Shown: piece by piece, positions 36,391-45,929 of the stretch
How positions within the stretch are numbered: position 1 is the stretch's first letter
Layout of the letters: every line of letters begins with the position of its first letter
DNA from: an uncultured Bacilli bacterium
Lineage (GTDB): Bacteria > Bacillota_I > Bacilli_A > RF39 > UBA660
Reading direction: 5' to 3'
Length of the DNA: 64,000 nt
Assembly: GCA_934098485.1 (NCBI GenBank)
Contig: CAKOOH010000001.1
Span: 68,329-132,328 of the forward strand
Translations under genes and position numbers: made by a program
The notes under the pieces: generated by a model
What the model was told of the DNA's origin: nothing
Database searches by the model: none
What the model saw: only the letters and a program-made list of their open reading frames with translations

Positions 36391-36903
36391 TTAATTGTTA
36401 TTTTCAGGAAACAATCTTTCATAGAAAATGGTAGCAAGAGTTTCCGGACTTTCTTTGGCACCATTTAAAATCCACATTTTACTAGCGTTATATATAGCGC
36501 CACTTAAAATATATAAACGATACTTTTGAGTTATATCGTTTTTATTATTAGGATAAAAAGCAGTCATATATTCATTTAATTTATTTTGGATTATACTGGA
36601 TAGATTAGATTTTTCTAAAACGATAAATAAATCCTTATTATTATAAAAAAAATTAAATGCAAATAAGAAACGATCATAGATATCTTTTTCTTCAATGTTA
36701 CTTTGTAAATATTCTTCTTTAAGTTCTTCAAAATAATCCTTTAAAATATCTTCTTTATATGTATAATTACGATAATAAGCCATTCTAGAGACACCAGCTT
36801 TTTCAGTAATTTCCGTAATTGTGATATCTTTAAAATTTTTTTCATTCATAAGAATTAATAAAGAATCTTTTATGCATTTTTTAATAAATTTATTTCCTTT
36901 CAA
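36391..36903 (-). CDS. TetR/AcrR-family transcriptional regulator
   Basis: N-terminal HTH ..FKDITITEITEKAGVSRMAYYRNYTYKEDIL. Confidence 0.7.
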   Translation of the reverse strand: MKGNKFIKKCIKDSLLILMNEKNFKDITITEITEKAGVSRMAYYRNYTYKEDILKDYFEELKEEYLQSNIEEKDIYDRFLFAFNFFYNNKDLFIVLEKSNLSSIIQNKLNEYMTAFYPNNKNDITQKYRLYILSGAIYNASKMWILNGAKESPETLATIFYERLFPENNN

Positions 36904-36960
36904 ACAAAAAACCTCCTTTTGTAACTTTTTTATAAAGTATCTTTTTAAATTATTTAAACT

Positions 36961-36978
36961 ATGTTACAATTGTAACAT
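36961..36978. promoter_or_regulatory. perfect 18-bp palindrome ATGTTACAATTGTAACAT; candidate TetR operator in the divergent promoter region
   Basis: The sequence is identical to its own reverse complement. A TTGTAAC half-site also lies at 36920-36926. It sits between the tetR gene and the acyl-CoA synthetase gene. Confidence 0.5.
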
Positions 36979-37002
36979 ACAATGTGAAAGAAAGGTATAT
37001 TT

Positions 37003-38739
37003 ATGGGTGTAGTTAATCAATATATTGATAAATTAATGGATTTTATAAAAAATAAAACTATTGATCCAGAAAAAGCTTGGTTAAAATATTATAATAAAAT
37101 GCCTGAACATTTAAGTTATAGTCAGGGTAGTATTTATGACGCGCTAAAAAATGCCGCAAGTTTATATCCTAAGAATATTGCTTATAGATATTTTGGATAT
37201 GAAGTTTCTTATAGAGGTTTTTTAAAGAAAATAGATAAGATTGCTAGTTGTTTAAAGCAGTTTGATATAGTAGAAAACGAATGTGTAACAATGTGTTTAC
37301 CTAATTCGCCAGAATCTTTTGCGCTTTTTTATGCCATTAATAAGATAGGGGCAATAGCAAATATTGTGCATCCTTTATCTTCAACGGCGGATATTGAAAG
37401 AGCATTAAAGGAAACTAATAGTTCAATTTTATTTGTTTCAGATGCAAGTATGCCTAAAGCACGAGGTATTAAAGTTAAACATTTTATAATGGTGCCTACA
37501 AGTTTTAGTTTTAAAGGTATTCTTAAATTAGGTTATAATATTAAAGAAGCAGCAAATTTAAAACTTGATGAAGGAATGATAAGTTTTAGTGATTTTTTGC
37601 TTGAAGCAACTAATGATGATGTATATGTAAAAAGAGATGGAACCGATCCAGCTGCTATTATTTATAGTGGTGGTACGACTGGTAAACCAAAAGGAATTAT
37701 AATATCAAACTTAAATTTTAATGCGATGGCCCTTCAAACGAGAACGGTTTGTGATATTATAAGTCCAGGAAATTCTGTTTTAGCGGCATTACCAATATTT
37801 CATGTGTTTGGACTTGCACTTTGCTGTCATACTTGTTTATCATCAGGAATGACTTGCATTATTGTACCTAGACTTAATACAAAAGCGATTAATATGGAAT
37901 TAAAAAAGTATAAGCCAAATGTTTATCCGGCCGTTCCTTCTTTGTTAAAAATGTCTTTAGATGGCATTTTTCCAGGAAGAGCTGCTTTTAAAGATATAAA
38001 AGTTGTTGTAGTTGGCGGCGATTATTTATCACCAAAAGTAAAGGAAGATTTTGAAGAGTTCTTAAAAAAATGTGGTAGTAATGCAGTTGTAAAAGTTGGC
38101 TATGGTTTATCAGAAGCAACTGGTTTTAGTGCTTGTACGGCAGCGATGGATGAAAAAGACGTTATTAATGGGACTTTAGGAATACCTAATCCAGATATGG
38201 ATATAAAAGTTATCGAATTAAATAGTGATGTGGAAAAAGCATATGGCGAAATTGGTGAACTTTGTATAAGTGGTCCAACAATAATGATGGGTTATATTAA
38301 TGAAAGTGAAGAAACTAAGAAAACTTTAGTATTACATAGTGATGGAAAAGTTTGGCTTCATACAGGAGACTTGGGTTATAGAGATGAAAATGGTTTATTT
38401 TTCTATAGTTCAAGATTAAAGAGAATGATAATTACTAATGGATATAATGTATATCCGGTGGAACTAGAAGAAATTATTTCAAAGTGTGAGTATGTTAAGG
38501 CGTGCACTGTAGTTGGGGTTCCTCATAAAACAAAGGGACAAACGCCTAAAGCAGTTATTGTACTTAAAGATGGTGTAGAAGAAAATATTGAAATAAGAAG
38601 TAAAATTAGAAAATATTGCAAAGAAAATTTGGCAAATTATGCGGTTCCAACAGAATTTGAATACCGAACTACTTTACCGGTAACGGCAGTGGGGAAAGTG
38701 GCATATCGCGATTTAGAAAAGAATAAAACAAAAAAATAA
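37003..38739 (+). CDS. AMP-dependent synthetase/ligase (long-chain acyl-CoA synthetase-like)
   Basis: AMP-binding motif IYSGGTTGKPKGI, plus ..GYGLSEATG.. and a C-terminal ..GKV.YRDL region. Confidence 0.8.
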   Translation: MGVVNQYIDKLMDFIKNKTIDPEKAWLKYYNKMPEHLSYSQGSIYDALKNAASLYPKNIAYRYFGYEVSYRGFLKKIDKIASCLKQFDIVENECVTMCLPNSPESFALFYAINKIGAIANIVHPLSSTADIERALKETNSSILFVSDASMPKARGIKVKHFIMVPTSFSFKGILKLGYNIKEAANLKLDEGMISFSDFLLEATNDDVYVKRDGTDPAAIIYSGGTTGKPKGIIISNLNFNAMALQTRTVCDIISPGNSVLAALPIFHVFGLALCCHTCLSSGMTCIIVPRLNTKAINMELKKYKPNVYPAVPSLLKMSLDGIFPGRAAFKDIKVVVVGGDYLSPKVKEDFEEFLKKCGSNAVVKVGYGLSEATGFSACTAAMDEKDVINGTLGIPNPDMDIKVIELNSDVEKAYGEIGELCISGPTIMMGYINESEETKKTLVLHSDGKVWLHTGDLGYRDENGLFFYSSRLKRMIITNGYNVYPVELEEIISKCEYVKACTVVGVPHKTKGQTPKAVIVLKDGVEENIEIRSKIRKYCKENLANYAVPTEFEYRTTLPVTAVGKVAYRDLEKNKTKK

Positions 38740-38857
38740 AAAGTTCATTTTAATAAAGGGGCTTTTTATTTTTTATAATATTGACTATAATTTTATGTTG
38801 TTATTCTTTTTTAAAATATTATTTTTTGATATAATTTATTAATGGTAGGAGCGGTTT

Positions 38858-40588
38858 ATGAAAGTGTTTATTGCGAATTTAAAATTAGTTTGGAGATTTG
38901 CAAAATATCAAAAGAAAAATATTATAAAAACTACAATATGGAAAATAATTATAATGATAATAAGTGTTGTAGTTCCTTTGATTTCAGCAAAGATTATTGT
39001 AAATTTAACAGATAATAAAATATATCAATGTTTGATGTTTGTAGTTTTAATGTTTGTTATAGAAAATTTAAGAAACTTTGCAATTTATTTTTCTAATTGT
39101 TTTAGTCAAGTGGTTTTTAGAGAAACAATGGTACTTATGCAAAAGTCATTGGGGGATGCTATGTTAAAATTAGAGACTAAAGTTATTGATGATGATGGAT
39201 CAGGTGTTTTTATTCAAAGATTAACAAATGATGTTTCACTTTTATCGGATGAATTTTCTTCAATTAATAATTATTTTGGAAATATTATTACAAACATAGG
39301 TATATTTGTGGCTATATTTGTGATAAATAAATGGATATTTTTATATTCGGTTTTGTATACGATTCTTTTGTATTATATTTTTAAGAAAAGAAATTATTTA
39401 TATAATGAAAAAAAGAAAATTTATAAAAAAGAATCGGAAATTACTACCGGCTTTATTGGAGAATTAGTTAGAGGAATTAGAGATATTAAAATGCTTAATT
39501 CGGAAAAAAGTTTTTTAAATAAAATGGAAGATAATGTTGTTTCTTTAAATAATAGCGCGTATGATATGAATACAGTCCAAAGAAATTATACTTTGATTAG
39601 TGGATTTACTTACGATTTTGGAGATTTCATTTTACAATTTATTATTGGGTTATCTATTTTGTATGAAAAAATAACGATACCTAATGGAATTGTTCTTTTT
39701 AATTATTCGGGAAGAGTTATTGATCTAGGAAGAACATTAGATAGTTTTTCTAAAGAAATAAAAGATTTTAATTTGGCAAGTGAGAGAGTTTTTTCAATAA
39801 TTGATGGGGATGATTATAAAAAAGAAGAGTTTGGTAGTATTCATTTAAAGAAAGTTAATGGGGATTTTGAATTTAAGAATGTTTCATTTGCTTATGATAA
39901 AAATAAAGTTTTAAAAAATTTAAATTTTAAAATTAATGCGAACGAAACTGTGGCTTTTGTTGGTAAAACCGGTGCAGGAAAAACGACTATATTTAGTTTG
40001 TTGTGCAAAATGTATGATAATTATGAGGGCGAAATAACTATTGATAATATTGATATAAAGAAACTGGATAAAGATTCAATAAGAGGAAATATTACCATTA
40101 TAAGTCAAAATCCATATATTTTTCATATGAGTATTAAAGAAAATTTAAAATTGGTAAAAGGCAATTTAACTAAAAAAGAAATGATAGAGGCGTGTAAAGC
40201 GGCTTCTTTGCATGATTTTATTATGACTTTGCCTAAAAAGTACGATACTATAATTGGTGAGGGTGGTGTAAATCTTTCAGGTGGCCAAAAGCAAAGATTA
40301 GCAATCGCTAGAGCTTTAGTGCAGAAAACTGAAATAATTTTATTTGATGAAGCAACGAGCGCTCTTGATAATGAGACCCAAATGCACATTCAAAAGGCAA
40401 TTGAAAATATGAAAAATGAATATACGATTTTAATCATTGCTCATCGCTTATCAACAATTATAAATGCAGATAGAATTTTATTTTTAGATAATGGAAAAAT
40501 AACAGCAAGTGGCACACATAAAGAATTATTAAAAAATTGTCCTGCTTATAAAAATTTATACGAATCAGAAATTACGAAAGATTCATAA
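38858..40588 (+). CDS. ABC transporter, fused permease/ATP-binding subunit (exporter type)
   Basis: N-terminal 6-TM region. Walker A GKTGAGKTT. Signature LSGGQKQRLAIARAL. Walker B ILFDEATSALD. Confidence 0.8.
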   Translation: MKVFIANLKLVWRFAKYQKKNIIKTTIWKIIIMIISVVVPLISAKIIVNLTDNKIYQCLMFVVLMFVIENLRNFAIYFSNCFSQVVFRETMVLMQKSLGDAMLKLETKVIDDDGSGVFIQRLTNDVSLLSDEFSSINNYFGNIITNIGIFVAIFVINKWIFLYSVLYTILLYYIFKKRNYLYNEKKKIYKKESEITTGFIGELVRGIRDIKMLNSEKSFLNKMEDNVVSLNNSAYDMNTVQRNYTLISGFTYDFGDFILQFIIGLSILYEKITIPNGIVLFNYSGRVIDLGRTLDSFSKEIKDFNLASERVFSIIDGDDYKKEEFGSIHLKKVNGDFEFKNVSFAYDKNKVLKNLNFKINANETVAFVGKTGAGKTTIFSLLCKMYDNYEGEITIDNIDIKKLDKDSIRGNITIISQNPYIFHMSIKENLKLVKGNLTKKEMIEACKAASLHDFIMTLPKKYDTIIGEGGVNLSGGQKQRLAIARALVQKTEIILFDEATSALDNETQMHIQKAIENMKNEYTILIIAHRLSTIINADRILFLDNGKITASGTHKELLKNCPAYKNLYESEITKDS

Positions 40589-40626
40589 TAATTATAAAGT
40601 TACTTATAATATAATAAAGGAGTGTT

Positions 40627-41061
40627 ATGAAAAAATTTATTATATTATTAATAGTGACTTTTTTTATTGGAGTAATTCCTTCATTACTTGTAGGTAATGA
40701 TGTGACAGGTTTAATATTACCAAAGTTTTATCCACCTAAAATATTATTTCCAATAATGTGGAGTATACTTTATTTATTAATGACAATTTCAGTATATTTA
40801 GCTACTAAAAACAGTGATGATGCCTATAAAATATACTTTATCCAGTTAATTGTAAATGCTTTTTGGACAGTAATTTTCTTTGGATTAAAATTAAGATTAC
40901 TTGCTTTTCTTTGGATTATATTTTTATTCATTTTGGTTATTATCATGATAAAGAAATTTTATAAAGAAAATAAAAACGCCGGTCTTTTACAAATTCCGTA
41001 TATAATTTGGCTTTTAATAGCAATGTATTTAAATTTATCTATTTATCTATTAAATATGTAA
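40627..41061 (+). CDS. tspO: TspO/MBR-family tryptophan-rich membrane protein
   Basis: 144 aa with 5 TM segments. LPKFYPPKILFPIMWSILYLLMTIS fits the TspO consensus. Confidence 0.55.
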   Translation: MKKFIILLIVTFFIGVIPSLLVGNDVTGLILPKFYPPKILFPIMWSILYLLMTISVYLATKNSDDAYKIYFIQLIVNAFWTVIFFGLKLRLLAFLWIIFLFILVIIMIKKFYKENKNAGLLQIPYIIWLLIAMYLNLSIYLLNM

Positions 41062-41108
41062 GTGTAATTTTAAGAAAAATACAAATAATAAAATAAAGGT
41101 GTATTAAT

Positions 41109-41432
41109 ATGAAGCAGTATTATTTTGTTATTTGTATTTTATTATTGTTTATAATTTTGAATATTAAAGAGAGTTTTGCTTATAAAAATGATAATTTAGT
41201 TATAGAACCTAAAAATGTAACTACAAAAAATCTAAGTGAGTATGTGAAAGAAAATATTAGTAGAGATATAAATTATTTTTGTTCTTATGATGATTGCTAT
41301 TTAGTTAAAGAAAAAAATATAAATAAATCGATTTCTAATTTTGAAGAAAATTATTTTAAAAGATTAAATGAAGATGATAGACTGATATTAAATGTTAAAG
41401 GAATTGCGATTACTAAAATAGTACTTTATTAG
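41109..41432 (+). CDS. hypothetical secreted protein
   Basis: N-terminal signal-like hydrophobic segment. No motif. Confidence 0.35.
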   Translation: MKQYYFVICILLLFIILNIKESFAYKNDNLVIEPKNVTTKNLSEYVKENISRDINYFCSYDDCYLVKEKNINKSISNFEENYFKRLNEDDRLILNVKGIAITKIVLY

Positions 41433-42782
41433 TTAAAGTTTGATTATTTCAAGGTCTTTTTTGTTTTCTTTAATTAATTCTTTAACAAAAAGAGAGTAAT
41501 TACTATATGGTACTAGAAGATAAGCACTATTTCTTGTTCTAGTAAGGGCAACATAAAAAAGTCTTCTTTCTTCTTCATAAGGAATGGTTTCTTTAAATGA
41601 TAAAAGATTTATTATTTGATGATTTTTAATTTTTGAGGGTAAACTATTAGTTTTGTTTAAAAGATTAATAATTATTATATTATCTTCTTCTAAGCCTTTA
41701 GATTTATGAATTGTCAGAAACTTTATATTATCAGATTCTGAGACATTAAATGTTTCTTTATCTTTATTATTTCGTCCTAAAATTAAAATATGACCACCAA
41801 TTAATTTAATTATTTTTTCTAAACAAGTTTTTTCGTTTTTGTAAAATACTATTTTGATGGGTTTTTCAGTATCCTTTAAACAAATAGTATTTTTTTTAAT
41901 TTGTTTTTTATTTTTCATAATAAAGTTATTGGTAATATTAACGAGAGTCTGACTGTTTCGATAATTATAATCTAGATTAATAATAGTTAGATTTTCAAGA
42001 TAATCTTTTAGATTTATAAGAATTTTTAAATCACAGCCACTAAAACGGTATATTGATTGGTAATCATCTCCGACCGCAAAAAGATGTCCGTTATTTTGAT
42101 CAATGATTGCTTTTATTAAATTAAATCTAATTAGGGAAGTGTCTTGAAATTCATCTATGATAACAAATTTATATTTAGTTTTTACTTCATTATTATTTAT
42201 TTTGGCAGTGCCGATACTAATCATATCATTAAAATCAAGATAACCTGATGATGATAGTTCATTTTGATATAATAAGTAAATTTCAATAATAAGTAAAAGA
42301 TAATCTTTGGTTATAAAATGAGCATTTTTATATAGAGATATGAGATAATCAATATTACTGTAATTGGCTTTATAGAGATTTATAAAAGTTGAAATTAAGT
42401 TAATTAGATTATCTTTAGTGTTTTCTAATAAAATTTTTCTGATGATTTTCTTTTGTCTTTTATTTTGGGGCTTATTAAGATATTCTTTAATTAAAAATGT
42501 AAGCATGCTTTCTTTGGCAATTTTAGTATTATCATCACGAATTAAATCTAAAGCTAGTTTGTGAAATGTTTTTACATCTATATTATATTTAATTTTTCTT
42601 TTTATATCATTTACAGATTCATTAGTAAAAGAAATGGCGAGTATTTCATTTTCTTTATATAGATTATTTTCAATTAAATAATTAATTTTATTTATGATAG
42701 TAAAAGTTTTCCCGGAACCAGCACCGGCGATTAATAAAACATTACCAAGAGTAGTAACGGCCAATTGTTGTTTTTCATTCAT
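41433..42782 (-). CDS. compact UvrD/Rep-family SF1 helicase
   Basis: MNEKQQLAVTTLGNVLLIAGAGSGKTFTI (motif I). C-terminal ..RRLFYVALTRTRNSAYLL. Own promoter TTGACA-17 nt-TATATT just upstream. The TTG-extended ORF to 42818 would run through that promoter. Confidence 0.6.
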   Translation of the reverse strand: MNEKQQLAVTTLGNVLLIAGAGSGKTFTIINKINYLIENNLYKENEILAISFTNESVNDIKRKIKYNIDVKTFHKLALDLIRDDNTKIAKESMLTFLIKEYLNKPQNKRQKKIIRKILLENTKDNLINLISTFINLYKANYSNIDYLISLYKNAHFITKDYLLLIIEIYLLYQNELSSSGYLDFNDMISIGTAKINNNEVKTKYKFVIIDEFQDTSLIRFNLIKAIIDQNNGHLFAVGDDYQSIYRFSGCDLKILINLKDYLENLTIINLDYNYRNSQTLVNITNNFIMKNKKQIKKNTICLKDTEKPIKIVFYKNEKTCLEKIIKLIGGHILILGRNNKDKETFNVSESDNIKFLTIHKSKGLEEDNIIIINLLNKTNSLPSKIKNHQIINLLSFKETIPYEEERRLFYVALTRTRNSAYLLVPYSNYSLFVKELIKENKKDLEIIKL

Positions 42783-42827
42783 GATTACTAATATAAGATA
42801 AGAAAAAAATATTGTCAATCAAAAAAA

Positions 42828-45800
42828 CTAGTTAAGGTCAACTAGTTTTTTATCAAGAAGAGAATAAAGATATATTGATGTTTGCTTATTAGTTTTATAC
42901 TCGATGTAGTTTTTATAGCCTGTTAACTGTTTAAGATAAGCCGCATCCGAAGTATGTTTTAATTTATAATCAATAATAATATTGTGATTTTCAAAGGTAA
43001 GTAGTAAATCAATTACTCCCGTTTTAGAAATATTGTTTTCTTCATAAATAAACTCATACTCCTTGTAAATTTTGGCATCTTTAATATTTTCTAATAATTT
43101 ATTATTTAATAAGTTTTTAACAATATCTATTTCAAATTCGTTTAATAAAGAAAAATTAGGATTTTTAAAATCAATATTTTCAAGGATGTAGTGAAGTTTA
43201 ATTCCTAAAAGCATATTTTCTTTTTCTGTATTAGTTATCAGTTTGTTTTGCTCTTTAGAATAGTGTTCCTCGTTAATAACTTCGTTTTTTTCTTCTATTT
43301 CATTAACAATAATTTCATTTTCGGCAACTTTTAGATTGCTAATATCTATTTCTTTATTTATTTTGTAATTATTATTTATTTCGGGAACTTTGACATTTTT
43401 AATATATTTTTCAAGATAAGGATATATTGATTCTAAGATATTTTTAAAATTTTTATATTTTATTCGTGATAGATAATCAATTACTTCATTATTATCTGCT
43501 GTCATAATTGCATCATCTTTTAACTCAGTAACTATAATCATTTTTTCTTTACATCTTGTTAAAGCAACATAAAATAATCTTATTTTTTCAGAAATTTCAT
43601 CTTTAATATATTTTTCTTTATTAATAAAGGAAACAAAACTTGATTTAATACCATTATCATATGTAGGGATTATTAAACCATATTTGTTATTAAAAATAAA
43701 TTTTGCTTTAACTTCGTCCATATTAAAATCTTTGTGAAAGCCAGAAAAATAACATATTTTATATTCTAAACCTTTAGATTTATGAATATTTGTTATAGTT
43801 ACTGAATCACTTTCGGTGATAAGAGCATTTATTTTTAGTTCTTCTTTATCATTTATTAAGGACGCTAAATAATCATTTATCCCATAAATATCAATACCAA
43901 CTTTATTTAAATCAGCAATTTTATTTATTAAATTGTTTAAGATAATAGTGCGATAATTAATGTTCCCAATAGTTATCATTCGTTTATAGAAGTCAAATTT
44001 ATCTATGATTGTTTCAATTAATTCTTTGTTACCAAATGATTCTAAGTTATTTACAATTTCTAAACAGTACTTATAAATAGTAGTTTCGCTTAATTTTTTA
44101 TTAATTATAATTTCATAAATTTCATTATCATTCATACTAAATAAATAACTTCTAGCAATACTAGTAAAATAGAATTTAGTCGTTTCATCATATATATGAT
44201 TTTTAATATTGATAATTAAACCAACAATGTTCTTTATTAAATAAGTTTCATTAGAAATTAAAATATTTTCATCTTTATAAATATTTAAAGGAATCATAAG
44301 ATAGTCAAATACTTTTTTATAAATATCAAAACTACTAGTGCGGTCCATTAAAATACAAAAATCTTTATAAGTACAAGGTCTTAAGGTATTATCTAGGACA
44401 AGATATTTATTTTCAATTTTTTCTTTTATATCGTTACCAATTATAAAGGCTTCAATTTCTTCTTTTTTGTGAATATCATCTTTTTCATAACGGTATATTT
44501 CTAAATTATTATTATAGCTGTTATTTCCTATTTCGTTAAACATCATGTTGCCAAAAACAAGTTGGTGCTCTTTTTGATAATCAGCGTTACCAAGTTCATC
44601 ATCCATAATATGATTAAAGATGTTATTTATACTATATAATACTGCGTCTCTAGAGCGAAAATTTTTATTTAAATCGATTTTGATGCCACCATTATTATTT
44701 TTGTATAAATCATATTTTATTTTAAAAATATCAGGATTAGCATTTCTAAAACGATAAATAGATTGCTTGATATCACCAACCATGTAAACATTATTATTTT
44801 CAATAAGTTTAATAAATTCTTCTTGAATATCACTGGTATCTTGATATTCATCAATCATTATTTCTTTAAAACTATCCTTAAGATCATTTCTGATATTCTC
44901 ATTATTTTTAATTAAATTTATGGCCATTTTACTAATATCATTAAACTCAAACATTTGATATTTTCTTTTAAAGCTACTTACTTTATTGTTTAATTTTAAT
45001 AAAACGTCAATAATTATTTCGGCATATTTTTTAGTTGATCTTAAGTCATTAATTAATACTTCTTTATCATAAAAAGTATATGATTTTAAAACTTTAATAA
45101 TATTAGTAATTTCACTTTTATAATATTTGCCATTTTCAGTTGAGCCAGTTAGTCTAAAAGAACCAATATCTAAATTATTTCTGATTTCATCATATGTTTT
45201 AGCATTTATTAATGGAGTAAGAGCCTGGCTATAATTATTAAAGAACTTTTCTGGCGCTTCAAATGATAAATTATAAAGAGATGTTTTAATAGTTTCGATT
45301 CTTTTTAATAGATTATTTACGTATTCATTAAATAAAAAATTAATATTTTCTTCACTGTAGTAGTCATTTATATAATTTTTTAAATATTCTTCTTTGTTTA
45401 TTAATAAATCGATTTTACTATCTAAAGATAAAATAATTTTTTTGATAGGTTTATCGTTTTTACCACAAAAGGAAGTTACAAAATCAATAAAATTTTGATT
45501 GTTTTCTAAATATAATTCATTGAAAATTTCATTTATAATGTTCTTTTTTTGATTGTTTATAATGGAAGAATCAATGATACTTATATTTTGATCTAAGTTT
45601 AGCAAGTAATGGTATTTTTTTACTAAAGATAAGACAAAAGCATCAAAGGTTGTAATGCTAGAACTTTCAACAAGTTTGGCTTCTTTTTTAATTTCTTCAT
45701 CTTCTAAAATAGCTTTTTTAATTCGGGTCTTCATTTCAGCGGCTGCATTATTAGTAAATGTAAGAATTAATAGTTCGTTAACATGAATTCCATTTTTGAT

Positions 45801-45929
45801 TTTATTTATAACTCGCGCAGTTAAAACAGCAGTTTTTCCAGAACCAGCACCTGCAGAAACAATGATATTTGATCCTTCGGTATTTATTGCTTTTTGTTGT
45901 TCTAGAGTCCATTTAGGCATCAATATCAT
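42828..45929 (-). CDS. addA: ATP-dependent helicase/nuclease subunit A (AddA)
   Basis: N-terminal MPKWTLEQQKAINTEGSNIIVSAGAGSGKTAVL. The C-terminal RecB-type nuclease has GVIDLL...IIDYKLKHTSD. Confidence 0.85.
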   Translation of the reverse strand: MILMPKWTLEQQKAINTEGSNIIVSAGAGSGKTAVLTARVINKIKNGIHVNELLILTFTNNAAAEMKTRIKKAILEDEEIKKEAKLVESSSITTFDAFVLSLVKKYHYLLNLDQNISIIDSSIINNQKKNIINEIFNELYLENNQNFIDFVTSFCGKNDKPIKKIILSLDSKIDLLINKEEYLKNYINDYYSEENINFLFNEYVNNLLKRIETIKTSLYNLSFEAPEKFFNNYSQALTPLINAKTYDEIRNNLDIGSFRLTGSTENGKYYKSEITNIIKVLKSYTFYDKEVLINDLRSTKKYAEIIIDVLLKLNNKVSSFKRKYQMFEFNDISKMAINLIKNNENIRNDLKDSFKEIMIDEYQDTSDIQEEFIKLIENNNVYMVGDIKQSIYRFRNANPDIFKIKYDLYKNNNGGIKIDLNKNFRSRDAVLYSINNIFNHIMDDELGNADYQKEHQLVFGNMMFNEIGNNSYNNNLEIYRYEKDDIHKKEEIEAFIIGNDIKEKIENKYLVLDNTLRPCTYKDFCILMDRTSSFDIYKKVFDYLMIPLNIYKDENILISNETYLIKNIVGLIINIKNHIYDETTKFYFTSIARSYLFSMNDNEIYEIIINKKLSETTIYKYCLEIVNNLESFGNKELIETIIDKFDFYKRMITIGNINYRTIILNNLINKIADLNKVGIDIYGINDYLASLINDKEELKINALITESDSVTITNIHKSKGLEYKICYFSGFHKDFNMDEVKAKFIFNNKYGLIIPTYDNGIKSSFVSFINKEKYIKDEISEKIRLFYVALTRCKEKMIIVTELKDDAIMTADNNEVIDYLSRIKYKNFKNILESIYPYLEKYIKNVKVPEINNNYKINKEIDISNLKVAENEIIVNEIEEKNEVINEEHYSKEQNKLITNTEKENMLLGIKLHYILENIDFKNPNFSLLNEFEIDIVKNLLNNKLLENIKDAKIYKEYEFIYEENNISKTGVIDLLLTFENHNIIIDYKLKHTSDAAYLKQLTGYKNYIEYKTNKQTSIYLYSLLDKKLVDLN

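Noticed and set aside
36821-37012. 63-aa plus-strand ORF spanning the tetR 5' end and the operator region
   Set aside because: It runs through the divergent promoter and operator and is antisense to tetR.
40123-40389. 88-aa minus-strand ORF inside the ABC transporter gene
   Set aside because: Antisense to the conserved NBD region.
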